From: Chara braunii
Lineage: Eukaryota > Plantae > Charophyceae
NCBI GenBank assembly: GCA_003427395.1
Contig: BFEA01000046.1
Location: forward strand, 517,279-581,278
Reading direction: 5' to 3'
Length of the DNA: 64,000 bases
Positions within the stretch are counted from its first letter, which is position 1. Every line of letters begins with the position of its first letter. The notes beneath the pieces were generated by a model that was not told where the DNA came from, did no database searches, and saw only the letters and a list, made by a program, of their open reading frames with translations. The position numbers and the translations under genes are program-made. Positions 38,921-49,764 of this stretch are shown here, piece by piece.

Positions 38921-39532
38921 GCTTTCTGTTCGCAAGGAGGAGACATTTTGAATGTGGGCTTTGGGATGGGAATTGTGGATGAGGCCATACAACGGCGGTC
39001 ACCTAAGTCACATATCATTGTGGAAGCACATCCGATGGTGCATGAGAAAATGCTGAAAGCTGGTTGGTCAACCCGGCCTGGAGTCGAAATTCTGTTTGGC
39101 CGGTGGCAGGAGGTACTCACCCCTCTCGCGGGTCAGAAGCAGTTTGACGGAATCTTCTTTGACACGTATGGTGAGGACTACGAAGACATGCGCGAGTTCC
39201 ATAATCTGGTCCTAAAGCTTTTGAAACCAAATGGAATCTATTCCTTCTTCAATGGGCTTGCAGCAGATAATGCTTTCTTTCATGCAGTATGCTGCCATGT
39301 TGTTGAACTTGAGATGGCCCGTATGGGGCTTTCGGTCCAGTTCATCCCACTACCAGTGGGGAGCATCATAGGATCCATATTGCCGTCTGCAGGTGAAACA
39401 AATGGTGCACAGCAAAAGGAGGACGTTTGGAAAGATGTGGCGAGGCGATATTGGCAACTTGACACATACTATCTCCCTGTCTGTCAATTTGAACAGCAGG
39501 AGGAGGAGGAGGAGGAGGAGGAGGAGGCATAG
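38921..39532 (+). CDS. RMT2: Terminal exon of an RMT2-type (type IV, GAMT-like) protein arginine N-methyltransferase
   Basis: SAM motif ILNVGFGMGIVD, IIVEAHP, GRWQ, FDGIFFDTY, LLKPNGIYSFFNG, YWQLDTYYLP. Preceded by a branch-like GCTAAT and an in-frame acceptor TTCTTCTGCAG; open through to TAG. Upstream exon(s) not found. Confidence 0.9.
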   Translation, partial: AFCSQGGDILNVGFGMGIVDEAIQRRSPKSHIIVEAHPMVHEKMLKAGWSTRPGVEILFGRWQEVLTPLAGQKQFDGIFFDTYGEDYEDMREFHNLVLKLLKPNGIYSFFNGLAADNAFFHAVCCHVVELEMARMGLSVQFIPLPVGSIIGSILPSAGETNGAQQKEDVWKDVARRYWQLDTYYLPVCQFEQQEEEEEEEEEA

Positions 39533-39752
39533 GAGAAAACTGAGGAACACGTTGGGCGAAGTGCCATGCACAGGGATACAAAAACATGTGTGCTGGAGAA
39601 GAATTAGGGAAGAAAAAAGAGGAGCACAACTTCTACCGTAGAATCCATCAACTAGTGGTGTTGAATTAGCTGTAATGGTGTTGAATTTAGTTCCGACAAG
39701 GGAAAATGACGTCAGGAAAGGTTGAGGAAAGGTTCAGTAAGGTTCGGTGCAA

Positions 39753-39855
39753 GGAGAAGGTTTGGAAAGATGTGGTGCAGCGGAATTGGCAGCTGGACAG
39801 ATACTATCTCCCTGTCTGTCAATTTGAACAGCAGGAAGAACTGGAGAAGGCCTAG
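39753..39855 (+). pseudogene. Diverged duplicate of the last ~33 codons of the RMT2-like exon
   Basis: EKVWKDVVQRNWQLDRYYLPVCQFEQQEELEKA* versus EDVWKDVARRYWQLDTYYLPVCQFEQQEEE...A*. Confidence 0.85.
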
Positions 39856-40734
39856 GAGAACGTACTGGTGTTGAATTTAGTTGCGACAAGGGTGATGCAA
39901 CACGCAGACAAAAACAGACACAAGAGCGCAGGAGAAGCCTAAGGGAAGAAGAACGATGGGCAGAACTGCAGAAGTGAAAAATGGGACTTGTGCTTTCTGA
40001 AGCTATGAAGGCGTAGATCCAAAAAGGGAGAGAGCCGGAGGGGCCGGAGGGGCCGGAGGGGGGTTGCCGATTGCAATCAAGTAATGGTTTTGAATTAGCT
40101 GCAATGGTGTTGAATCTAGCTGCTGCAAGGAAAAATGAAATCAGGAGAGGTTCAGTAAGGTTAGGTAGTAGGCCCAGGATCACCTTCCAATTGATGAGGA
40201 GGTATGGCAGAGGTTGCAGCACCCTCAAGAATAGAACAGGTGCCTGGATTTCTCCTGCGGGGGGCAGCATGCTGAGAGGTCTTGTACATTTCCTGCATGT
40301 CATTCTTTCTGACAGCACTTGCATGGAAGTTGTTTGACTCAAAGTTGGAGTGACTTTCTTCCATGTCTAACTTATGGCATTACGTCTTGCTGCTACATCA
40401 TTTGTGTTGTGATTTTTTAACTTGGGAACACAAGTCCCTTTTATCTGTTCGGGCTGCACAACCTGCATTACCGGACTGCGGATTTTACAACAGTAAGGAT
40501 GATTGGTTCCATTGCTATGTCCTCAAAGACTGAAGATTGGTCCAGCGAAGGAGGTTTTCCTTCCTCCTCTCACTGTGGGTGGGTGATGGTCTGGTTTGAT
40601 TTTCGCCACAGGTACCTTGAGGGCAGTGGTTGGTGCCCACCTCAGGGTATCCGTTGTCAGGCAGTCGTTGATGCTAAAACACAACCGGGGTTAAGGTGGA
40701 TTATCACTTAGTGTAATCAGTTAGGAGATTCTGC

Positions 40735-40790
40735 AGACTGTTGAGGGTTCAGCCTCCTGATGGGTTGGTGAAACTCCAACGAAACAGTTT
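40735..40790 (+). ncRNA. Hammerhead ribozyme fold, type III topology, A9G variant
   Basis: AGACUGU-U | GAGG-guucag-CCUC | CUGAUGG | GUUGG-ugaaacu-CCAAC | GAA-ACAGUUU. Stems III (7 bp), I (4 bp) and II (5 bp) all pair. Confidence 0.75.
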
Positions 40791-41239
40791 ATAACAGGCC
40801 CTCGTTTGTTGTCCTCTTCTCCCTCTCTGCCTACGGTTTACCGGGCAGTTCTGTTTGACGATACAGTGACTTTGATAGCACCCTGCTAAGGCTTTCTCCG
40901 GTCAGGTTGAGCGTCTGTGGTCGGGGCCGTCACTACGCGGCCGTGCTGTGCGTCTAGTGTCAACGGCGTGTCTGGAATGTATTTTCTGGTTGTGATAGAC
41001 CTTTCTTTTTTTTGTCCGTGTTTTGCTGGCTTGTGATGAGTTGTGAACCAACAGTCTGTAAGAGTTTTCCATCTGGTGTGGGTGAGTGATAGTCTGCTTG
41101 GATTTTCGTCACAGGTACCTCGAGGGCCATGGTTGGTGCCCACCTCAGGGTATCAGTTGTCGGGCAGTCATTGATGCTTAACCACAACCGGGGTTAAGGT
41201 GGATTATCACTTACAGTGTAATCAGTTAGGGGATTCTGC

Positions 41240-41294
41240 AGATTGTTGAGGGTTCATTGTCCTGATGAGACAGTGAAATCCTACGAAACAGTTT
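41240..41294 (+). ncRNA. Second, degenerate hammerhead copy
   Basis: Canonical CUGAUGA...GAAAC core and stem III retained (AGAUUGU/ACAGUUU); stems I and II mismatched. Confidence 0.55.
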
Positions 41295-41327
41295 GTCACA
41301 GCCCCTCATTTGTTGTTCTTTTCTCCC

Positions 41328-41696
41328 TGATGCATGCCCAGTTGGGCACTGTATATGGAGCCAAGGATCCGCAAACAGACGAAAATGTAGCGCAGTGGAA
41401 GACTCAACGATATGACCTGACCTGTCAGACTGACACAACATCCCATCATACGCCACACATGTGAGAGAGGGAACAGGGACCGCATACACAGAAGAAAGGT
41501 CCCTCCTTGCACGCGCACATGGGGGAAATACCACGGATGAGAGATGGGGGGAGAGGCAAGACGAAGACGGAGGCGAGGGAGAAGACCAAGATCGTGATAC
41601 CGAAATCCAAAAATAGTGCCTTGCCGAATGACCAATCAATGTCTGCCACAAAAATGTCGGATTGGATCCTGGGCTATATGCCCGATGCAACCTCTG

Positions 41697-41746
<50 letters not shown>

Positions 41747-42466
41747 GAAGAAGAAGAAGAATAAGAAAAAGGAGGAGGAAGAAGTAGGAAGAAGAAGAAG
41801 AAGATGTCGTCCTCCTCGCTGTCTCACCTGCAGGTAACTGTCGCCCTGTACTGACTGCCGTGTCGTCGTCGTCATGTGCAGGTCGGCGCGCGGAGTCTCA
41901 GCTATGGCGCCAGGTAAGTCCGCCACTGCAGGTATGGCCTCCGCCCCTCTGCCTACCTGCCCCTCTACCTCTACCTCCGAGCGCAGCACTAAAGTGGTGC
42001 AGCGCTGGTCCAGCAGCGTGTCGCCCAAGAAGTGAGCTACTCGAACTGTGTGTCTGCTCAGCCGAGGCCCAGCTATATGCAGCGCTGGGCCGGCTGGGTG
42101 GGCTGCAGTGTTGGCCTGAAAACGGCCCGCACGGTCGGGGCCCCTACCGGGCATCCAGACCATGCTGCTGATGCAGCAGGGCGCCAAAACACGCCTGGCC
42201 TCCATCGGCCCTGCCTCCTGGTGTACCCAGCCCAAGGCATCGCCTTGGGGACTGCAAGTCCGAAACGACGTCTGAACAGACAAAAATAGGACAGCAATAA
42301 ACAAACAAATAAATAAACAAATAAATGATGTCGTAATGCCGTACCTGCAGCCCAAGGGCCGCCGTGGGCCTCCAGGGCGCGTGTCTGATGGGCACACGGC
42401 CTGGGGGCCCCTCAGCAACCGTCGGCCCCCTGTAATGGGGCCCGTGTGTAGGCGCAGCATGTAACA
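41328..42466 (-). repeat. 3' LTR of gypsy element A
   Basis: Minus strand: G-rich PPT at 42467-42479, then TGTTACA...; probable end ...GCATGCATCA at 41328. Contains a (CT)n microsatellite. Confidence 0.7.
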
Positions 42467-42479
42467 CCCCCCCCTCCTT

Positions 42480-45400
42480 ATGAAGTCAAGCCGGGTCGAG
42501 GGCAAAGCTGACGATCTGATGGTGGAACCTGGACGCGAGTATGGTGTGGAGCCGAAGGTACCGGCTTGCCTTGCAACTTGCGCTCGTAGCGTGTGAGAAT
42601 GTCGGGGGCTGTTGCCTGAAGTTCCGCACGGGTCAACCAACAGTCAGCGTTATGGCTGCAGTAGGAGAAATGTAGTAAGTACTCTGTCGGCCTGTTGCCG
42701 TAGCGTCGCTTGGAGATGATGTCGCCAGCCTCTTAAAAATTGTCCATAGAGGGTGGGTCTTGCAATCGTTGCCCGGGAAAGTCGTCGTGTTCCGCTGAAG
42801 TGAACGGAGCTAACTTGGAACAGTGAAAGACCGGGTGGATGGGCAAGTGGGCGGGCACTTGAATGACAAATGAAGGTCCTTCAGGTGCATCCCCAGTGGG
42901 TGCCACGATGGGACAGGGCCCCATCCATTTCAGAAGGAGCTTGCGAGAGATATCTTGTTCGAGGCTGAACTCCGCGGCGGAGACCCATACAAGGTCGATG
43001 GTGCGAAATGGACAAGGAAGACGCCGACGAGTGGCCTGTTGGCTCATGCGTTACTGCGTCTTGGACATCCGGTGGCGTACCTTGACGAGTCGGTCTTGCA
43101 TCCGACGAAAGAAGAGAAGATGGTCGTCGTTCTCGGCCGCCCATGGGATAATCGTGTCCAACTGCAAAGTGACCAGCGAGCCATGCTCGAACTCAAAGGG
43201 TGACCTCCCGATCGCCGGATAAATGGACGAGTTGTATGCCAACTCGACATCTGGCAGCTGCTCAACCCAATCATTTTGGTCGGGATGGATGAGAGTGTGA
43301 AGGAGAACCTATGCGGTCTGATGCGCCCTCTCCGTTTGGCCGTCGGTTTGGGGTGGCGAGCCGGACTCGACTTGAGAGATGAGCCTCATCGTTTGATGAG
43401 CGCCAACCAAAAATCGGACATAAACTCGATGTCGTGGTCACAAACAATCTCGTTGGGGTAACCCTTGGTTCGAATCCAACTGGCGTAAAGAACCTCGACC
43501 AACTCCGGTGCATTGGCGTGATAGCAGCAAGGCAGAAACATGGCGAACTTGGTGAGTCGATCGACCACCGTGAGAATTCCATCCACACTGGTCTTGTGCT
43601 TGGGGAACGGCCCGGTGATGTCCATGGCAATCGCTTCCCTTTGTCGCAAGGGGATCGGTAATGATCGCAACTCACCGTACGAATGATGATTGTGGGATTT
43701 GCAACGTCGGCAAACCTCGCATAACTCGCAATAGCGTGTGACGTCGTCGAGAAGGTCGGACCACCAAAAGCGCTCATGAAGTCGGTCAATCGTTTGATTG
43801 ACTCCAAAATGTCTGGTGGTGGGAGCATTGTGCAACTCGCCAAGAAGCCGCACATGCAAGTCGCGAAACTTGGGGTCGGCTTGGTAGCCGCGGATGAAGC
43901 TGTCCTGCAAGTCGTCATCAATCTCGAAAGTCGAGTAGACTGCGGTACAATGGTCCAGACGCCGTAAAAGAGCATTTGCAAAACGGTTTGATTTTCCCAG
44001 AATGTGGTCGGGGAAAAAGTCAAATTGGTCGATGAAAGTCATCCAACGAGCGATGGTGCTATTGACCGAGTCTTGGGTCTTGTAGAAAACCAATGGATTG
44101 TTATCCGTTACCCATCAGAATTGATTTCAACCAAGAAGAAACTGCTGCCACCGCTTAAGCGCTTGTACGAAGGCTACCAACTCCTTTCGTGCGTCGTCGA
44201 TCGAGTGCGCGACGGACACTTCCTTGCTAAAAATACTTGACGGGGTGCCAATCCACGCCATTGTGTTGCTCGAGGACGGTACCAATGCCATAGCCGGGCG
44301 CATCGGTAGTGATGTGCGTCAGCAAAAGCGGGTTGTAGATGCGCAAGACCTTCGCGGATAGCAAAGCGGCTTTGAGGGCCAAAAATGAACCCCGCGCATC
44401 GTTACTGAAGTCGAACGGCCGATGCTCGCATTGAAGCTTGGTCAAGTTGGACACGATCTTCGAATAGTTTTTGATAAAGCGTTGATAGTAGCCGGCAAGG
44501 CCAAGAAATGCACGAACATCCGTAACATTCCGCGGCTCCGACCACTCTTGGACGACTTGAATCTTGTCCGATAACGGACTAATGCCCTCCGGTGTGATGA
44601 AATGGCCCAAGTACTCCAACTCTTGTCGGACAAATTCACACTTGTCACGGTTGGCTTTGTACTTGGCGCGACGGAGCGTCTCCAACACGCATCGAAGGTG
44701 CTCAAGATGGTCCTCCAAGGTCCGACTATAGACGAGAATGCCGTCTAAGTAGACCAGCACAAACTGGTCCAACATCGTGCAAAACTCGTTGGTCATCGCT
44801 GCTTGAAAGGTCGTCGGGGCATTGGTGAGGCCAAAAGGTATGGCCACCCACTCAAAATATTTGTACCGCGTTTTGAGCGCGGGTTTGTAGCGATAGTGCG
44901 GGCGTATCGAAATCTGATGATAGCGCGACTTCAAATCCAACTTTGAGAAGAACTTTGCGCCACCCAACCGCTCAAGAAGATCGTCGATATGAGGAAGAGG
45001 CCCCACACCCTTGATGGTTTGCGCGCTGAGCTTGCGCTAGTCGATGCACAATCGTAGATCCTTGTTCTTCTTCCATGCGCACCATACGGTGAGCTACTAG
45101 GGCGGATCCAACCCTTCTCCAACAAATCATCGAGTTGCGCGTGGAGAACCTCGAGCTCCTCCTCGCTCATGCGATAGATGCAACCTTTCGGCGACACGGC
45201 ACCGGCCTTAAGAATGATCTCGTGGGAGATCGGCCGATCCAGCACCACACCAGTAGGAGACTCGAAGATGTCGGCGAACTCGTCAAGCAACCGCACCATA
45301 TGGAGGTATGGAGACAAATCTGCGGGTGAAGCGTCTGGTACCACAACGATTCAAAGGAAACATATGCCGATCTCATCGGTCTACTCGTAAGCACAAGTGG

Positions 45401-47886
45401 CCCTAAAAGACTTGGCCGTAACAACTTGGTACCAGATCAAAGGGTGCGGAAGAGGAAGAGTAGACGACACCTCGGCGCCAAAGGCGCCGCAAACGGTAAG
45501 TGTGCGCCAATGGAAGTTGACCGTGTGATCCGCACTTGCAATCCAAATCTTCCCCAAAATGATGTCGAAGTCCGTGTCCAAGACGTCGAACATCACCGGT
45601 TCGAATGCATGAGGTGTGAAATAAACCGGTACTGCCTCGATGTAGCGGTCAATGAGTTGTTGCGTCCGACCGTTCACCAACTTGACCGCTGTAGGATTTG
45701 CCTTCCTTCGAACTTGTGCGCCAAGGCCGAGCCTTTGAATAAAGGACTAGCTCTTAAAATTGCGAGTCACGCCGGTATCCAGCAAAGCATTGCAGGATAC
45801 TTGCCCAACTTTGATGCGGACGTAAAGGAGCGGTGCGTTGTTGGCGTCGTACCGCTGCGTGCGAAACTCGCTGGCCACCTTGGTGACATACACAAGGATG
45901 TCCCCCACCGCAGCTTCGTCATCCGTTGGCGAAGTTGGTGGTGCATAGAAGGATAAGTATGTGTGGAGATGAGCGCATAGTGTTGTGCATTGTGGTCCCA
46001 ACAAGCGGCCTGTGGTAGGGAGAAGAAGCCATGTGAAGTCCTTGGACGTTAGCGGGTCCAAGACCTCTATGTTGAACTCGCGCGCCGAATCCGTGAAAAA
46101 ACACTTGAAGACGATAAACCGTCGCCGCTTCCGGACGAAGAAGTAACCACGCACACATCTTGTCCTTGAGCATGAGTGCCCAGCGAAGGAACGAGACGGG
46201 CAGCATAGTCCTCATAAGAATAGAGAATGGGAGGACCTTCGACTTCCTTGTGTGCTTCGGAACTAAGGGAGGTCGCCCGCACAACAACCAGTTTCGAAGG
46301 CGTCGAGAGTGCCATCGCATCACTCTCGGCGGTGCTCACTTTCCCAACTGGGTTTTCCTCTTGGCCTTGGTGGAACATGCAACTATCTCGTGGAGGTCAC
46401 TGTTGCAACGCAAACAATATCAGAATCTCGTGTATATCTTGTATACGCTTTTCGAGAGACCGTAGTGGTTCCAAGGTGCAAAAGCAGCTGCGCCGGGCCC
46501 GGGGCTTGAAGAGGTGTTGGTCTTTGATCTGTCGCATCCCCGGCCTTTGGCTGGGCGGCCACCATCTCGGGTGGCTGCGAATCTGTCTCCCTCAGCAGCA
46601 GAAGCAGCCTCTCTTGAAGGGTTGGTTGGCGTTGCTGCCGCGACCACTGCCACTTTCGGCCGATGCTGATCTCTGCTCGGGCCCTTAGAAGGCAAACAGC
46701 GAAGATTTATGGCTTCTATGTTCGTCACAATGATCTGCGCGGCCTTGTCGAAGAGCTCCGCACTTGTGGTGAGAGTCTCCGTGACTTGTGTCAAAGCATT
46801 TGACAATGTCGGACATGACCTCGTGATGAAGTAGTGTTTGATGCCTTTGAAGACCATCGGCAACTCCGGCGTGGATGCCAAGCATTGGTATGCGGCTATC
46901 CAATATCCGCTTGGCAAAGTGTTCTGATGGAACTTCTGCAATTTGTCCATTGCTTGAAGTTCGGGTGGCTCCACTTGGAACCGCTTGTGCCATGCTGCCT
47001 TCAGATCAGCCCACCTGATCGATCTTACCGTGACCCCGTGCGTGGACAGCATATTGTGCAGCCAAGCTTGGCATGCCCCCGCCGATCGGGAATATAAATA
47101 TGCGTGCTGGCTGGTATCACAGGTCTCGTGGATCTTCAACTTGAGTTCAAACTGGCGACGCCAAGGAATTGGTTCCGTCTTCGTTACGTCACAGAAGATC
47201 GGCTGGCCATCGAACTTCGGGATGCTCTCGTGTGGTCACGAGGTAGGACCGGCAGCTGCGGCGCAAATCTCCTGCTCAAGTTGTTGAGTTGGTGCTTGCT
47301 GTTGTTGCACACCGGTCTTGAGAGTCCCGATGTCGATCTCCAAAACGTCGAGCCGATCGGCGTAGTTGGAGGAGCCGGCGCTTGAAGCGGCGATGGGTCG
47401 TTGTTCCAGCAGCTGTACGCGGCTGGTCAACTGTGCGGACGGCTTCTTGTGGCCGTCGAGGACCTCGTCGAGGCAGTGGATATCCTCCTGCTGTGCAATG
47501 CAAGTAGCCAGGAGGTCCGTAAGACGGGAGAGCAACAGCGAGATCTTGAGTCCGCTGTTGCTGTCTTCGCCGGTTTCTGCCTCCTTCCGCCATTCCACAG
47601 CCAGCGTGAGTAGTGCTCTCTCCTCCTTGAATACCTTCTCGTGCCGTTGTCTGTGTTCCTCATCAGCAGTGTTTGCTGCTGCTCCGTCGTGCTGTTGGCG
47701 CTGTTCCTCTGCAAGCGGACGTTGATTCTCTGCTTCCTCCTCCTTTTTCTTCTGTGTGGCTGTTGCTGCGTCTGCCCTTTGCTTGGCTTCGGCCATGATA
47801 TTCAGCATCCGTACCGTGTAGGCCTCGACTGTTTCCCCTGCCATCTGCTCCATGGCACTTGTTAGTGAACATGTGCTCACAGGCAT
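42480..47886 (-). pseudogene. Degenerate Ty3/gypsy (chromovirus-like) gag-pol, element A
   Basis: gag ...WADLKAAWHKRF; protease LLDTG...FDIILG; RT LPHIDDLLERL...KLDLKSRYHQ...PFGLTNAPTTFQ...VYLDG (catalytic D lost); RNase H TTDAPGYGIG; integrase H..C.VC, IAMDITGP, KWMGP, HPVFH; probable chromodomain remnant at about 42500-42730. Confidence 0.93.
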
Positions 47887-48519
47887 GGGCTGCGGGACTG
47901 CTGATGTGGCACTCTCTGCTGCTGACGTGGCACTGTTCGGCTACTAACATGGCACAACTATCGGCTGACGTGTCACTGCTTACATTACCTGCTGACGTGG
48001 CAACTTACCAATGCCGCAGAAGGGAGAACCAGAAGACAGATGGAGAAGAGTAGAAGAGGGATGCAGCAGCATAGATGGGGTGGGTGGGAATGATCGCCCA
48101 GATAAGGAGCCACTAATAAAAAATGAAGAGGTCGAACTTTGTGTAATTAATACTAGTTTCGAGAAAATAATTAAAAAAATATTCGAAATTGCAAGTTCGC
48201 TAGGTCTCCCAAGCCCCAGAAATCCGAAATAATAAAAAATAAAGAATTCTGAGTTTCGGACTGCAAATGATTAATGCTAACAAAGAATTGATAATGGAAC
48301 TTGCAAAACATAATTTCGCACATTCCATTAATTCTGAATTCAAAAAATTACAACCCGGAATAATTCAGATGAGAGTATGCGAAAAAAATCAATTTTGGGA
48401 GGATTCCCGAAACTTAACTGCAAAAAGTGAGATTTCCCGAGAAAAATAAAATTTCAGAATCTTGAAGTGGCGGCAAGGAAAATGAGCCAGAAAGCAGAAT
48501 TGCACCGATATTACACCAA

Positions 48520-48760
48520 TGGAGAACCAAAACACTGAGTCCGAGTGTCAATGAGAGCACACTGTCGCCATCATCAGCATAAGTATCCGGAGCCTTTCCC
48601 CTACTTGGCGCTCAGCGCGCAGACTACTATCACGCAGCTAGTTCGAGCCTACGAATTGACCATGCAACTGTTGACGTCATCAGCAGCACTGAAGGACATG
48701 AAGATGTCGACCCTTGCAGACCATCGCCAAGACCAGGTATGTGCCCTCACGTCATCATCC

Positions 48761-48803
<43 letters not shown>

Positions 48804-49764
48804 CCTTGTCTCCCACCCATGACTTCTCCCTCGTACACGAAGACCACCACTACACCGTGCTGTACACCCAAGCTCAGCCAGCTATGGAAGCAGGGCTATG
48901 GCGCTGCCCTCAGCAGCGCCCTGGCTTGCACAACCGCACGTGCGCCTTGCGCTGCTGCAAACTTGAAGTGCCTGAATGCCTTGCCAGGCGGCGAGCACTT
49001 TCCTATATGGAAAGTGTCTGGCGTGGTGTGCTGCCTGGCTGGGCTCTTCCAGTAAGCCCTGTGCAGCTGGGCCTCTGCCCCATGCTGTTACTGCCATGGG
49101 CCCCGTTCGGTGACGCCTCCTAACGGCCTGTTGTGCTTCCTGCTTTGTGAGCGGCCCAGGGTCTGCTTCCCCATTCTTCCAAGAGAGGCCCAGAAGGCCG
49201 AAACAAAATGCTGCTGACCGTGGCCTGGATTCCCTCAACCAAGTGATGCGACGCAACTGTCTGAACCCCCAAATGCGAAATTGACAACAATGGGCCTCTC
49301 ATAAGTTCATCAGGCCCGCTTTCACCCAGGGCAGGCACACATTGCAGAATGGGCCCCTTAGGCCTGCCGAGTAGTGAAATCCTCACATTCCGTCCTCCTT
49401 TACTTCGATAGTCCTCTGAGAGGTCCTTCAACTTGCAGGCATTTTCATCTTGAGTCTTCTTTCATATCCTGCAATCACTTGGGGAGCTGTTTGCTGCAGT
49501 TTGTCTCTGGTAAACCACCGATCTTCACGTGGATCAATATGGTGTCTGAATCGTGCCCGGTACTGCATCCGAGGCTTTGGAGGTCGTCCTCTACCCAGAG
49601 GTTTCGGGACAGGCATGATTCCGTGCTCCACAATGTCATCAATGTCGACTTCGCCGTCCATGGTTTGGAGCAGCATTGATCGCCCGGAAGGAAATTCTGC
49701 AGTTTCTGCGAAAGGTGCCAGCTTTGAAGCGTGGAAAACTGGGTGTGTGTGTGAGCAGGGATCT
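48520..49764 (-). mobile_element. 3' end of gypsy element B: integrase tail, chromodomain-like ORF, PPT and 3' LTR (about 48520-49387)
   Basis: HPVFHASKL, VDIDDIVEH...QYRARF...DRWFT; PPT AAAGGAGGACGGAA then TGTGAGG. LTR end inferred at ...GTTCTCCA. Confidence 0.7.

Larger units (their letters stand above)
40574..41327 (+). mobile_element. Retrozyme-like or Penelope-pLTR-like unit: two ~250-bp direct repeats (about 40574-40823 and 41077-41327), each with a hammerhead motif
   Basis: Clear nucleotide homology at an offset of about 503 bp. The second copy is cut by the LTR starting at 41328. Confidence 0.6.

Noticed and set aside
41636-42640. 334-aa minus-strand ORF
   Set aside because: Runs through a GC-rich LTR and microsatellite; no recognisable protein features.
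49178-49205. Hammerhead-like GGCC-CAGAA-GGCC-GAAAC
   Set aside because: The upstream core reads CAAGAGA rather than CUGANGA, and there are no convincing stems I and III.
48500-49387. 5' LTR plus PBS of element A
   Set aside because: Not homologous to A's 3' LTR (41328-42466) and preceded by its own PPT and chromodomain. The following TGGTGTAATATCGG matches no tRNA end I recognise.
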